Assembly: GCF_964204645.1 (NCBI RefSeq) | Contig: NC_134031.1 | Location: forward strand, 4,898,001 to 4,962,000 | Length of the DNA stretch: 64,000 nt | Source: Tubulanus polymorphus | Lineage: Eukaryota > Animalia > Nemertea | Direction: 5' to 3' | Shown here: piece after piece, positions 1 to 51,670 of the stretch | Layout: every line of letters starts with the position of its first letter | Numbering within the stretch: position 1 is the first letter of the stretch | Notes under the pieces: generated by a model | What the model was told of the DNA's origin: nothing | The model's database searches: none | What the model saw: only the letters and a program-made list of their open reading frames with translations | Program-made: the position numbers and the translations under genes

Positions 1-21
1 CAAGCATCACATATTTCTTAC

Positions 22-1649
22 CTCCAGTCGATGATGAATTCCATCCTTCAAATAAGAGATTGGTGACATTATCACCGATGTAGAAAGTCATCTGAAATTA
101 CAAAAACGTGCGTAACAAATTGCTGAAAAATTAGATCCGTTCGGGTAGAGAAACAACCATCCAAAAAGATATGTGACCTAACCTCGGCTTGAATTCAGCC
201 AGCTGCACTGAAGCCTGAATGAACTAGAACTAATATATGAGCTCAAGCCGGTACCTAGTAATGATAGTCACGCGAACAGCTGTTTAGATGTTTCACATAT
301 CGACACACTTAAGGTTAAGCTTTCACATTACGATAGCTCTGTCGAAAACAATTTTATTCATTTATTCAATTTATACTCAAACCCTTTGCAAATACTTTCA
401 TGTAGGCATCAGAGGGACAACAAAGAATAACACAAAAATAGACCTGTTTAGACATGGACGTATAAACTAGATAATCATTATAGATCTAGGTCCAGTTCCA
501 CAGTTCTGAGTTAAGATTTGACCCTGGGTTAAAACACTGAAAATGAACTAACTTTAACTCAGAGTTAACTCTAACTCACAACTGTGGAACTGGGTCCTAG
601 TTTATAAGTCCATGGTTTAAATAAATCAAGACCGAAGTTGGTAATGAGGGATATAGGCTATTCAGGCATACAAATAAACAATCCTGATCAGTTAAAATCC
701 AGATTATGATCTAATCCAGATTATATTGACTGTCCATCATATAGATAAATGTATGTAAAATATGATATCTAAAAAAATAATCCAGATTTCTCATGAAACT
801 AATTTATTCTATCGGCCCCCAAAGTATCCGAATTACACAGGTTATAATGTACACATACTATGGAAAAATACTAATGAATAGTGCACCAGAAATATTGTGA
901 CTCTCCATCATACGACAAAGTGATCCAATGAAAATTCTACATTTAACAAAACACAACCAGTCCTAATTGAACAAGTCCCACAAGAAGTCATTCGACTACC
1001 AACCAGTCCTCTCTAGGTAGGCCTACATATGCTGAGGTACATACGCCAATCTAGAGCTCACTTTCAAATCCCCTTCCCATTATTGTAGTATTATCATGAA
1101 GGTCTGCAATTAATTTAATACCTAATTGTTGGTGCTAAGCTTTTGTAATCGGATGGGCTTATATCAATGTGGATTAATATATTATCATACCAACGATTAG
1201 GTAACTAATAGTCTAGTACCTAGCCGTTGTTCCCAAACAACCGTTGTAGGGAACCCGTCACAACGACTGGTATTCAGACTAGGTAACTATATACTCTTAC
1301 CTCTTACAGGCCTAACTAAATTCTATTGTACAGTGACTCGGTGTACTTCTTGCTTACCTACAACTTCAGTGCAGCGGATTTTGGTCTAATCCGGACAATA
1401 TTTGCAGTCCATTTGTTCATTGATACACAAGAAAATTACTTTTGATCAGGATTTCCTGTAAACCAGATGAATTTTGTAGGTCTCAAATCATCCGAATTTT
1501 AACATAGGGCCTAATAAGCCAACAAGCAAGGATTCTACTGTGTGGGGGGTAGTCTAGTACCGTCGTTATTCAGACCTTGGAGTTGCGGGGATGTTCCCCG
1601 TGTGACCAGGTGACTGTGTATCAATTTCAAATTCACTTACATGCATCAT
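22..1649 (-). CDS. SLC31/Ctr-family copper transporter (CTR2-like, short N-terminus), first two coding exons; gene continues off the left edge
   Basis: join(1641..1649,22..91) with GT-AG sites (CAT|GTAAGT, TTTCAG|ATG, GGAG|GTAAG) gives MMHMTFYIGDNVTNLLFEGWNSSSTG, matching the Ctr N-terminal signature M-x-M-T/H-F-Y/I...LLF-x-G/F-W. Only 26 codons are visible. Confidence 0.7.
489..597. mobile_element. ~110-bp palindromic MITE (Harbinger-like); further copies at 32250-32358 and 35325-35423
   Basis: Terminal inverted repeats GGTCCAGTTCCACAGTT...AACTGTGGAACTGGGTCC; three dispersed copies in the window. Confidence 0.7.
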
Positions 1650-1805
1650 TCTGGCATCTCAACATCAACATCCACGTTATCTATTTTCAATTGATTCACC
1701 GAGCCACCCTTCCTTTCACCACTTGCATGAATCAAACGTATACCCGATGATATTAAAGCAAGAAAACAGAGAAAAAATTTCTAAAATGTTCTAGATCTTT
1801 GACAT

Positions 1806-1905
1806 CCGCCATTTTGCAGGGTCACATGACTCGCACTGGGAAATAGTGCTGCCACATGAGTGTAGCGAATACAGCCAGAACTAAGGCAACGTTTCATACG
1901 TCACG
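1806..1905 (-). promoter_or_regulatory. Putative core promoter of the Ctr gene
   Basis: YY1/initiator-like CAAAATGGCGG (minus strand, ~1806-1816), CLEAR/E-box-like GTCACATGAC (1821-1830) and half-CRE TACGTCA (~1897-1903), just upstream of exon 1. Confidence 0.4.
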
Positions 1906-2409
1906 GTTATCTCTGCATACTAGCCTCCACTTCAACGGGTTCTAGGGTTATTTAGAGTGATTATCCTTGAAACTGGTTTTTTTTTCTGATACTGTGGAAA
2001 CCTCTTCGATTAGACAGGGTGGTCATTTTCCACCATTTACAAGTTGCCTGGTTTTTTCCATATGATCACACAAAATTCCCTGTGGTCAGAGAAATTTTGC
2101 ACGAAATGTTCGAATTCATTCATTTTTCATTGAATCACGTATTGATGACACGTGTTTCTTCATCAATAGTGATAATCGGCATTCCCTGAATTTTCCAGGT
2201 TTTGGTTAGTTTGTCGTAAGATTTTTTCAACATTTTTCTGATTTCCAGTTTTCCTGGTCAGTGGTCATCATCCTGTTGTAAGAAATACCCGCACACGGTT
2301 TGCTCGCTGCTGCAAAAATATCCTTCTGTCAAAAGGTCGATTGTCCTTCGAGTTCATTCCTTCTACCGCAAAGACATAGAAAACACTACGAACATGACAT
2401 TTTTTTAAA

Positions 2410-5400
2410 ACATATAAATAGTTTTATTCCTTCAGACTGAAGTGAACTGGTAAAATGAACAAGGAAAGAACGTTGACAAGGAGCTCTCTCGGCGGAGAGC
2501 GGAACCTGTGTATACGTTGCTTAATTACATGTAAAACCACGCATTTAAACTAAACATCAAAACTACACCAAGCCATGGACACAGTCACCATAGAATGACT
2601 ACTTTTATATGACCAATCTTTTCTCATTCATTCAGTTTAGAACCTTTTTCTTTTCAATATTTGTTTTCTTTTTTCACCCACCACAAACAACGAGTCATTT
2701 CGGAAAACATTTTCTCTATAACAGAACTACACTTGCATTTCAATCATTCTCGTCAGTCAGTTTGATATTCGCGTTTGTTAGGGTCATCTCCCGCTCGTGT
2801 TTTGACAACAATATTATACTTTTTTTCGGTTTTACAGTCCAAAAATTACTACTGAAATTGGTTTCAGCTATAAATACTACATAGTCATTTTATTAAATAA
2901 TTATACCTATAAAAGTGCGATGTCCAGGCGAAGGCACCTGCAGACTAAAGATAATATCGAATACACAAACTGCCCGCGTGAGTCTAGTCCGTTATCGAAC
3001 CACCAGGGGGCATCGGCGGCTCGTAACGGACGTCGACCCACTATTCAAGTGGCAGACACTATAAACGCTTGAAATTCATCAGTTTGTTTAGTATGATTAT
3101 GATTATTATATTTATTATTAAGAGTAAAATGCAGCCGCGGCCGGCGTTTGCGCGGGGCAATACGAAACGCCAGGCGTCGGCTGGAAATCGTTTTTTTGTT
3201 TTAAAGATTAATAATATGAGTTACAATTACATGGAGCCGATACATAATCGCGTGTGTAACTACGGAGCACATTATTTGACACGAATATACAATCAATATC
3301 CGGTCAGACACGACAACTCATCGTTTGATTCCGCGACCGTCCGAACTTCGGGGCAAAAGTATCGGACGGTCTCAAAAATTCATGTTAACTATCGCCGACT
3401 ACTCAAAATATTCATATCCGTCGCGACCCTCTCGCGGGGCGACTAAATTCCTACATTTTACGCCGGTACAAAACCGCGCGTAAACAAAATCCTCTCGCTC
3501 TCTATCGAGATCAATCAGTGCTTCAGTTCTATGAGCAAAGCTTTTTTGTTTGTTTCGTCAATTTCTAATTCACGACCGTACGATACATTTTTCTTTCTTA
3601 AATCACTATACTTTTCAATGATGTAAACAGTTGCTAGCGAACGAATCACCCGAATCGCTATCAGTTAAATATAACATTCGTCAAGATTTTCACTAATACG
3701 TCAAAGACTTCGATACGTTTCGTAATGTTCGACACTCCTGTAGTACACGTTATATTCAGAGAAGTTACATATTCATGACATACAAGAAATCAAGTGTACA
3801 GAAAGTTATGTATCTGCTATATTAGTTCAGTAGTTGTCTCTGCCACTGCTCGACTGTTTTCTTCCGACAGGAAAAAAAAACAGGAGCAGTTGGAAATTGG
3901 GTTTCGGTCGCTTCTAGCGAGAACTTCGAGCTCATCGACGACTCAGCGGTTCGTTTCCGAGCGAAGCGTCTTCACCAGTTTCGTGAGGATCGGATCTACA
4001 GCCGATCGAGTTCATAAAAAACGTTATTCGAATAATTTTTCTAAACTCCGTCCGGCGTTTTTTTTCCCCGTCGAGTCATTACGCCGAGGCCTACCGCCAC
4101 CTATCGATAGACAACCGACCGCGAGTAAAAACCGACGGACGGAGCCGAGCGTTTTAAAATCGCCAATTTTCCATTCGATCAATAGGTTTAACCATCTATC
4201 ATCAGTATCATGCATGCTAAGCCGTATATATTTACAGCAATGAATATACGCTTTACCCGGTAATAAAAAATCGGCATGTGCAATACAACATATATATATA
4301 TACACACACACACAAGCAGAACCAGCGATTATCTACAGAACAAATGTACAAACCATAACGCTCTAATGAGTGTATAATATCAATCGCGAACCTAAGAGAT
4401 ATAATTTTCGAAACCTACGCGTCGACGTAAGCACGGAGGCAACGTTATAACCGCTTAATAAGATCAGGGGAAGAGTGCTTCAAAATATCAAAGTATACCA
4501 TTACGTAATACGAGATTTCTATGTACAATGTCATCATAAGACGTGCAGCCTGTATATATCTATATCTATATATATATATGTATATCTATGTACAATTTTA
4601 TGCCAAGTACTCGCACAGGGACCAGTGTCTTGGGACACAGTTTGAAGTTTCCTTGAAACATAAAAATTCGCCTCACTTTTAGACCCGGTATTGTTTCCAC
4701 TAAATAATAACGAACGTACATGACGACGACGACGACGAGTGACGATGATTTTAATTACAAAACGCGGCGATTTAGATTTTCGGATTCGGCGGTTCTCGAT
4801 GATTATTTACAATGAATAACGAATTTCTCAAATTACACGCCAAATCTATTCTTCTAAGTCTAGATACGCTCATTATGTACACTCCGGACTACGTTTCATT
4901 CAATTGCTCGATAAATTCACGAAGTTACTACTAAACGCTCGCGATTAAATTTATTTTACGACTAGACCAGGCGTATTTACAGCGTATTCATGCCAAGGGT
5001 GGGGGTACTGGGGGGTACGGGTTGATCGCGAAACCGATCGGTGATATTTACAGAAACCTGAGGCATGTGGATTCGTTTCTTTTTTTTTCGATAACTATAT
5101 GTATATGTATATATATATAGAGTACGATAAAAATGATTGGGCAGTGATTGAGCGAAATGATGAGATGACAACAAGGACTATGATGATAATATCAGTATTT
5201 ACAACTAGGATGAATGAAGAGAGACACGCTAAGAGGAATCCAATAAGCCGCTACCGCTGCTGCTGCTGCTAACTCGAACATCAAATATGACATAAATTAC
5301 ACGCGTGTATAGATTTTGCATTCGAAACGCGCGCTAGCAGTATACAATACAGATCTCTATGTACAAACAACACCCGCGCGCGCGCGACTGAAACACTACT

Positions 5401-5695
5401 CAATTTCTCTCATCTCTCATACTAGAGTATAATACCATCTTATACACATATAATAACAGGTCATTCGATTTACTCATATCTAGTTGCGTATATACATGTA
5501 TATATATATGTACACGATGTTGTAGATGGTCAACCGGTATTTACAGAATTATAGAATGGAAAATTGTCGACTTTTCGCCGAAAAACTTGCGCACATCGGA
5601 CGCAATCGAGATACAGAATTTTGAAAGATAACATATCGACTTTTCATCAGTGTTTTTTTTCAAATGTCAATATCGAAGTGGCAATCGGCGATTGT
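2410..5695 (-). other. PRRC2: PRRC2 3'UTR (~3.3 kb) with candidate poly(A) signal
   Basis: Follows the TAG stop at 5696; no MITEs recognised; AATAAA on the minus strand at 2423-2428 (another near 2890). The 3' end is inferred. Confidence 0.5.
4229..5545 (-). promoter_or_regulatory. Cluster of 14 Pumilio response elements (UGUANAUA) in the PRRC2 3'UTR
   Basis: Plus-strand TATNTACA starting at 4229, 4297, 4330, 4520, 4587, 4804, 4874, 4974, 5045, 5196, 5358, 5489, 5507 and 5538. Confidence 0.6.
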
Positions 5696-44402
<38,707 letters not shown>

Positions 44403-44890
44403 TTAGCCTTAAAAAAAGAAGAAAGAAACGTTAAGCCGTGTAATACATGCTAGGGTCGGCTCAGTTCCGGTAAGGTCAGTTACGTTTCGTCTCCACGTTC
44501 ACAAATAAGTTCGGACCCAACTACAGTTTGGGTCACAAGGGCGGATCTAGGATTCTTTGAAAGGGGTGGACCTTGAAATTCGAATGGGCACTTATTTTGA
44601 AAGGGCAGATTTGGCAATTCAGGGCTGCAAGCGAATCATTGGTAGGGGTTCTGGTGGTTGTCCCACAGAACATTTAGGACAATCGGAGGGGTTTTTCTTG
44701 TCTGATCAGACCCATTAGGATTTTTACCTATATCCGCCCTTGGGTCACCTCCCCAATATTCGGCGCTAGTGTTATGTTAAGGTTAGGTACACAACCATTA
44801 GGAACACCTGAAAGTGCAGTCGCTACGATCATACAGTTCAATTACAATCAATATGGTAACATCCATCAGTGTGAGTATATGTGTGTGGTG

Positions 44891-45313
44891 CGGTCATCCT
44901 AATTACCGAGATGATGTATTTTACCGAGATGAAATGAAATATAACATATTTATTTATTCCTTATCGATTTTAACAATTGACATCATATCATATCAGTAAT
45001 AAATGCCTGCTGGAGTCATATTTTACATATTTTGTCAGATATTTTTGTAGAAAAATAACTTAACTTTACCGAGATGAGATCGTCGATCAATCAAATTCAA
45101 TGAAATTTTATTGCTAACCGAGTTTACGTTTTTGAAGTCAAAATTTTTTTAAATAAAAAAATATGTAAAATATGACTTTAGAAGGTATTTATTACTGATA
45201 TAACATGATTTCAAGTGTTAAAATCGATAAGGAATAAATAAATATGCTATATTTCATTTCATCTCTGTTCATCTCGGTAAAATACGTCATCTCGGTAATA
45301 AGGAGGATGACCC
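44891..45313. mobile_element. Fold-back MITE with ~160-bp TIRs and 8-bp TSD (Mutator/Merlin-like)
   Basis: GTGTGGTG|CGGTCATCC...GGATGACCC|GTGTGGTG; long inverted arms with internal TTACCGAGATGA repeats. Confidence 0.75.
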
Positions 45314-45760
45314 GTGTGGTGGAGTATTCTGCAATGCTACAGAAATATAGGCCTTCACAGCCATAAATGATTCCGAGGAAATTCATACCAATGGGAAGAA
45401 TGAAACATCAGTTGACTGGGGTCAGCCATACAAACGAGACCCGGCTATGAAATATTACATAGTCGAGTCCCACAGTCCAGAGAATACACAGATACATAAT
45501 AATACTGGCATCTTCCGCAGTAAATTTTTAGGGGGTGCGATTCACCGAAATGAGCTATTTCCAAACTGACTGCTTGAACAAAATCAGCCTCCTCAACACA
45601 TAAAATACATTATGCAATCAAAAAAGCAGTATATACTATTTCCGATCATGCAAGCATTTCATGCGATTTTAATTTCGTAGAAAACGAAAGAATCGAACAA
45701 AATTGTTTGGTGGCCATTTTTGCCAAATATGCGAGCATTTCTATTCATCTAACTACTTAC

Positions 45761-45946
45761 TTCGGTCCGTTCTACTGGGTGAACACAGTAGACAAAGTAA
45801 AAATATGTATATCGGTTTTATCCGAATGGATGGCGACAGATTTTCGCGGCTTCGTGGAGAATTCCGTACGCTTTCTCTCTTCCGCGTATCCAAAATGGCG
45901 TACTCGCGAGCACCTGCGATAAATTATGCAAATGAAGCTGACGTCA
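45761..45946 (-). promoter_or_regulatory. PRRC2: Putative non-coding exon 1 and promoter of PRRC2
   Basis: Donor GAA|GTAAGT at 45760; CGCCATTTTG initiator/YY1 at 45891-45900; CTCGCGAG at 45903; octamer ATGCAAAT at 45926; CRE TGACGTCA at 45939. Matching acceptor at 44408. Confidence 0.55.
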
Positions 45947-47119
45947 TTCTCCAGATGTTGTCACAGTGGTCATTCATCCGCCAGGTGTCACCAGCTTATG
46001 ACTAACAGTGAAAGGTGCCCGGGCGGGCGGGTTTCGCTTGACTCACAATGATATCCACAACGCCTAAATTGAATCACAAAATTAGAATGGATAGAGCGAT
46101 TCCACGGTAACATAAGAAAAAAGCCTAAGATCTACACGATCATACATTAAATGGGATTTACAGACACTGAAATAAACAACCATACGGCATCGCATTGATG
46201 ATACCTAGTCGGCAGTCAAACGACTCACTCATTGTGCCGGCGATTCAAATAAATTGTTTGTGGCCACTTATTCCCTCCACACAGCCGTGCCTTTAATATC
46301 TTTTACAAACTTAGTAAGGCTGGAAAATGTCAATAATACACGGCCAGCCCATCTATTTAGAAACCTCATAAATTCGCACTATTTTTCGAAAATTTATACC
46401 AACTTCTCAAAAGCCATAAAAGGATACCCAAAGATAAATAAATTTGAAAATCTAGAATAAAGAAAAATTGGATTTTTATTTTAGTAACCTTACGGGTGAT
46501 TATTTCAAGGTCGTCGGCTGCCGAGGTCGCCATTTTAAATTTCACAACACCCTACTGTGTCGCCATCTACTTTCGTTCTTTTTTTATATTTCTATCATAT
46601 TCCTTTTTGTTTTTTTATATTTTGTCTTTCTATAAATGTATATTCTTATTGAATTTAAAAGGCCTTATATGCTTTACATCGAGCATTAAAAATTTAGGTT
46701 CAAGCTGAAGGTCAGCAAGGTCGTGCCAAGGGCGTTGTGGAAACGAATGGTCACGGTGCGGTATTTGTAACCCGGCCGGCGAATCGGCAGTCATCCGTGT
46801 CTCTTTGGCAGGTTTTCGTCATGGTTGATTACCGTAATGTCGCGTGGCTGACCACACTATGCCTGGCACTATCCCCCGGTTACGTCATCAGTACAGACCC
46901 GTTAAATCTCGGTGAGCGGTGCCCTGTGCCGCGAAAAATGAATAGCATTATTTTTTACTTCGCATGACTTGACTTACTGGACAAATCGGGAGCGGTTAAA
47001 TTAGACCGAGCCAAGCGAAGTCCTGGTTCAGAAAGTGAAAATATGATAGGAAGGGAAAATGATTTTGTCCTTCATCGTTGAGTTTGTCAATTATTTGATT
47101 GAGTTCACGTCATTGTGTT

Positions 47120-47150
47120 GCCCTGCCCTGCCCTGCCCTGCCCTGCCCTG
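47120..47150. repeat. (GCCCT)6 microsatellite
   Basis: Direct reading. Confidence 0.9.
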
Positions 47151-47316
47151 GCACTGGCCTCCTTCCTGCTCCCACCTACCCCCCCCAGCCAGTCAGTCAC
47201 CCGATCAGAAACCTCAAATTTTGATATCCAGGAAAAAATTTAGAATGCTTATGCTTAGTAGACAGACCGCAGGGGCAGGTCCAGCCAGGGACCAGTGTCG
47301 AAGGTAGCACAACTAA

Positions 47317-47794
47317 GGCCAAATAAAAAAAATTAGTTGTTTATCGTCCCCGCCCGACCCTACGAAAAATACCCGACCCAATTTTTTTTTTTTATTGTGT
47401 TCTATTTTGGTTCCAATCGAAAATATTTGCCATAGCTACCATTTCATGTCGATTGTAGGACAGTATAGCAGCAAACAAAACGATTTATCGATCGACGAAG
47501 TGCCTTCGCTGAATAACAATATTCGGTTATGGAGCGTACACAGCGTGGATTTCCGGTTGTGGAGCATATTTCGATCGATTTTAAAATCTAAGTTAATAAA
47601 GTTCTATGAATTGAATTGTATTTGTATCGCTTGTGGCGCCACACTTCCAGTCGATGGAAAACATGCTTTATTTTATCAATCGTATATCATTTACAACACT
47701 CGATCTAATATAAAAAATAGAAATAAAAACCTCCCGGCCGACCCAAGCTTTTTGAAAAAAAGGACGATAAACAACTAATTTTTTTTATTTGGCC
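47317..47794. mobile_element. PIF/Harbinger-type MITE
   Basis: ~33-bp TIRs GGCCAAATAAAAAAAATTAGTTGTTTATCGTCC; TAA TSD. Confidence 0.8.
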
Positions 47795-49181
47795 TAATGT
47801 CAATGAACATTATTTTTCAATTGATTTTTAGGTGTAGTTTATGATTTGTCCGCTGCTGAGCAGATTGCTGCAGATTCGATCGTACAATTCGCGGTGGACA
47901 CCATCAATAATGATTCGACTATACTACCTAATTATAACATCGAGGTCAAATCCAACTTTATCGAAACAAATTCGAGGTTTCAAGCTATGCAGGCAGGTAA
48001 GTTATGAGCAGGCTGGTAAGTTATTTGACTTTTCGCTCACACGCCGTTGTTTGGTTGATGTTGAATTAAGCATCATTTTCAAGGATGGATCCATATCCAT
48101 GGGAACTTTTTGAAATATCTTGAAGAACATGGTGAGCATGCACTGTTGGTCTGTTCCCGGGGTCTGTTTAATACCTAGCTGTTGTTCCTGAAGCAGTTGT
48201 AGGAGAATCAGTACATCTTTTGGTATTCAGACTTTTATTGGTCAAATTTGAAATCAACAAGTCATTGAAATCAGTTGATTTTCGATGTTTTAATTCTTGT
48301 GTCAAAATTTTCACTCAGAACTATAATGGAGCTACTCCAAAGTGCAGGAAAACCTGCCTGCCGATGAGCCACTATTGGCTATATAAAGATTAAACTTTTT
48401 CTATGCCCCTACAAGGTATTGGTCCACACGCTTTTTGCCATATGCAGAAGCAATTAATGATACGATTCAATAAGAAAAGACAAACAATGAACTTATTGAA
48501 TTTTTTCAGGATATTTTCCTTACTTATTTCTTTAACTCACAAATTGAGCGTACAAACCAAAGTAGACTTATTCAGTAGGCCTAGTGGTTAACTGATCTAT
48601 TTCAAAAGCCTTCAATTTCCCCAGTATCCTTACCCCGTACCCTCGTGAAGTAGGCCTAAATGAATAAGTACAACCATCCATAGTGTTGTGAATTAATGTG
48701 GTTTTAAGTCATAAGAGTTAAAAAGATGAATTGCGATGAGCTGTAGGCCTAAACCAAATAGTGAGCGCCGTGCAGCATTTTCCGCTCTTTGGTAATTGAT
48801 ATAAACGCTAATGATGTAGAAAATATCTCTTGAAGTTAAAGTTAGATCGAATTTAATGAAAATTATATCTTTTTTTTCTGAATTGATAAGAAATGATTAA
48901 TATTCGAGGTGTGAAAATCTAGAGGTCGTGGCATCGGTTTAGTTTGACTAAATAATTCACCAATTGCTGTTAATTTTTACGCGAGCTGACACTAAATTCG
49001 GTGCCAACATCATCTCCAAAATCATTTCGATGATTAGTTACGTTTAAAATTTTTTTCAAAAGTTGGTCTCTTAAGCTTCTGTCGCCTGCGGTGAAAACGT
49101 TTAATATTATAACCATTGGTCTCAGTGATAACCACGTTTATAACTACTGCAGCAGTTTTCAGACGTCACTCACAGTTAGAG

Positions 49182-50273
49182 ATGAACGCAGCTTTCAGTG
49201 TGAATTTGACCGCAGTCGCTACGACGACCGTCAAAGGATTCAGACCACATTCTAGATGCAAATTCATCCATCATTCCGACTACAAATCGTTTAACTTGAA
49301 CATGTTTTACCAGGTTAAGAACTGGGTCGTCGCTAGCGTCGCTGTGTTCGGCGTTATCGGAAACGTTTTGTCGTTCGTGATTCTGCGCAAAGAAATCTCG
49401 AAAAATACGAGTATTTTCTATCTGAAATATCTGGCTATTCTCGACGTGTGTATGTGTGCGTCTTATCTTGTATTTGATTTCCAGAATGAATTGTACAGTC
49501 ACACGTTATTACTCGACCATACTTTACAATTCAACCACTTTATGAAGAGACTCTACCCGTACACGCAACAAATTAGGTTTTGTTTTTCGGGTGTCTCTGA
49601 CATGTTAATTCTGGTGATCGCTGTGGACAGATTTATTGTAGTTCGGTGGCCTCTAAAAGCCAGCACACTGATTTCAATGAAACGAGCTCACATCAATGTA
49701 GTAGCTATAACTTTATTAGTTGAAGTGACGTGTGTGCAATTGTTTTTTAAACGATGGACTCGTAGGTCTATCAATCCTTGCACTGGATACGAAAGATGGA
49801 CCACGAGGATAACTGCGTTCAGTAAAAACCTCTACTATCGTTATTACATGTTATTCGTACACGCCCCGATCTTTCATATGATTCCATCAGTGGCCATTTT
49901 CATGATTACCATAAATATAATTGTAATACTGAAATCTTCAAGCGATACCAGAAAACACATGACGTCATCAACAGTTCCTTCTAGGAATAAACAAGATCGA
50001 AGTTTGACGATTTCTTTAGTTATTATTTGCTCTATACATTTGATAAAACGCTCTCTACTTTTGTCTGGTGCGATAAGCAACTGGTTGGTGTATAAATACG
50101 GAAAGAAAGCTTTGCTGTTACCCGGTAAAGCACCTTATATGGACGGCGTAAAAGACTTGATGAGAAAAGTTTCGGCGTCCGCGAATTTCTTCATTTACGT
50201 CGCTATGAGAGAAAGTTTTCGTCACCGACTTCGCAAAATGTGTTTCGTTATCAGAACAAATGGCAGTGATTAG
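49182..50273 (+). CDS. Rhodopsin-class GPCR, FMRFamide-receptor-like, type A copy 1
   Basis: Single coding exon; TM1 GVIGN, TM2 YLAILD, TM3 AVDRF, TM7 SANFFIY; N-glycosylation sites in the N-terminus; first ATG at 49182. Confidence 0.88.
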   Translation: MNAAFSVNLTAVATTTVKGFRPHSRCKFIHHSDYKSFNLNMFYQVKNWVVASVAVFGVIGNVLSFVILRKEISKNTSIFYLKYLAILDVCMCASYLVFDFQNELYSHTLLLDHTLQFNHFMKRLYPYTQQIRFCFSGVSDMLILVIAVDRFIVVRWPLKASTLISMKRAHINVVAITLLVEVTCVQLFFKRWTRRSINPCTGYERWTTRITAFSKNLYYRYYMLFVHAPIFHMIPSVAIFMITINIIVILKSSSDTRKHMTSSTVPSRNKQDRSLTISLVIICSIHLIKRSLLLSGAISNWLVYKYGKKALLLPGKAPYMDGVKDLMRKVSASANFFIYVAMRESFRHRLRKMCFVIRTNGSD

Positions 50274-51670
50274 CAAGGATTAGCAGTGTTGCTGAAACCG
50301 TTAGGTACAGGCAGTTACTAGACAAGCAACCTAAAAACTCAGTTACCATCAGCATTCACACCTTATTACAGTTTCCAGTATTGCCATGTCTATGGGTTCC
50401 CGGTCGTTCAGCATTGTTGAATATTTTCTCTATTTTTCAATGAGGCTCGTCATTTAGTTCACATCTCTGGATTGGATTCAGAATGTTACTTGTATTCTGA
50501 TTTCATTAGCACCCGCTGGTGAGTAATCGTCTCCGCGCGATCACGGCCTAGGTCTTACGAGAATGGTCGCTTACGTGTGTTGTGCTTCATGAATTCATCT
50601 ATTTCATTAATAGGGGTAACTAGCCGATTTTACTTAAAGTTATCACTGAATCTTCGTGTTTTTTCACACACTGATAGCTATCTGTATGAACTGAAGCACG
50701 GCTATTTTTTTACTTGAAAACAATTACGTGGCTCTGAATAAACACTTAAAAACACTTGTCAAGCATCTGTCGCAATAGGGACTTATTACATTATAGCAAA
50801 TAGTGAGAATCAAGTTGCAGTTACTTTCAACGCACGACTTATAAAAAAACACATATCCAAGGGAATTGTCTAGTTGAATGCCCGGATATTTACCTCTTTT
50901 ATAATGTTACTCGTTTATATTTTCATGTCATCAACACGCGCTGATGAGGAGTGGTCTTCACGAATTCATCTATTCCATAAACGGCAGAGTTAGTAACAAG
51001 CTGATTATGGTCAGTTGTTACTGAATCACACCTGATTACTATCTGCGTGAACTGACGACTAATCTCGTTAGTTGAAAACAACAACGTGGACCCCGATAAA
51101 ATCCTGTGGCTCAGTTTCACAAAAAAAGTTTAACTGAAACTTTTGGTGTATTATTATGAATCAATATTACAAAAGCAATGTCGGGCCGTAAACATCGAAA
51201 ATTGGGCCCAATTCAATGAGGCGACATGTTTGCTGTGGGCTTCAAACAGTTAGTTTCTTTATCGGATATTTACTACGATAAATCATTAGAGTACCGAGTC
51301 GTATAGGCTCGCCATGGACGGCATTTTACCTCAACTGATGATCGGTCTCATTGCGACTAACTCCTAAAACGGAATGATTAACCGTGGCTCGGCTCGTGTT
51401 AATGACCATACGTTGCTTTATTAATACGTGATTCGTGAAAAATGAAGGAAATTCAACATTTTGAACCAAATAATTCTTCGGATTTACGCAGGGAAGTTAG
51501 TGTTATGATGATCGCTAGTTGATGATCGATATAAATTTTAATGATGTAAGAAATATTTCTACCAGGGAAAATGAGGATCATATTCGACGAGAGGAGATCT
51601 CTTTCCGATTTAATGAGGAATAATATTCATAACTACTGCAGCAGTTTTCAGACATCACTCACAGTTAGAG

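Noticed and set aside
3069-4311. ORFs within the PRRC2 3'UTR
   Set aside because: No homology cues or splice support; mostly non-ATG starts.
47833-47996. Plus-strand AG...GTAAG exon-like segment, possibly a GPCR 5'UTR exon
   Set aside because: Only splice-site motifs support it; needs transcript data.
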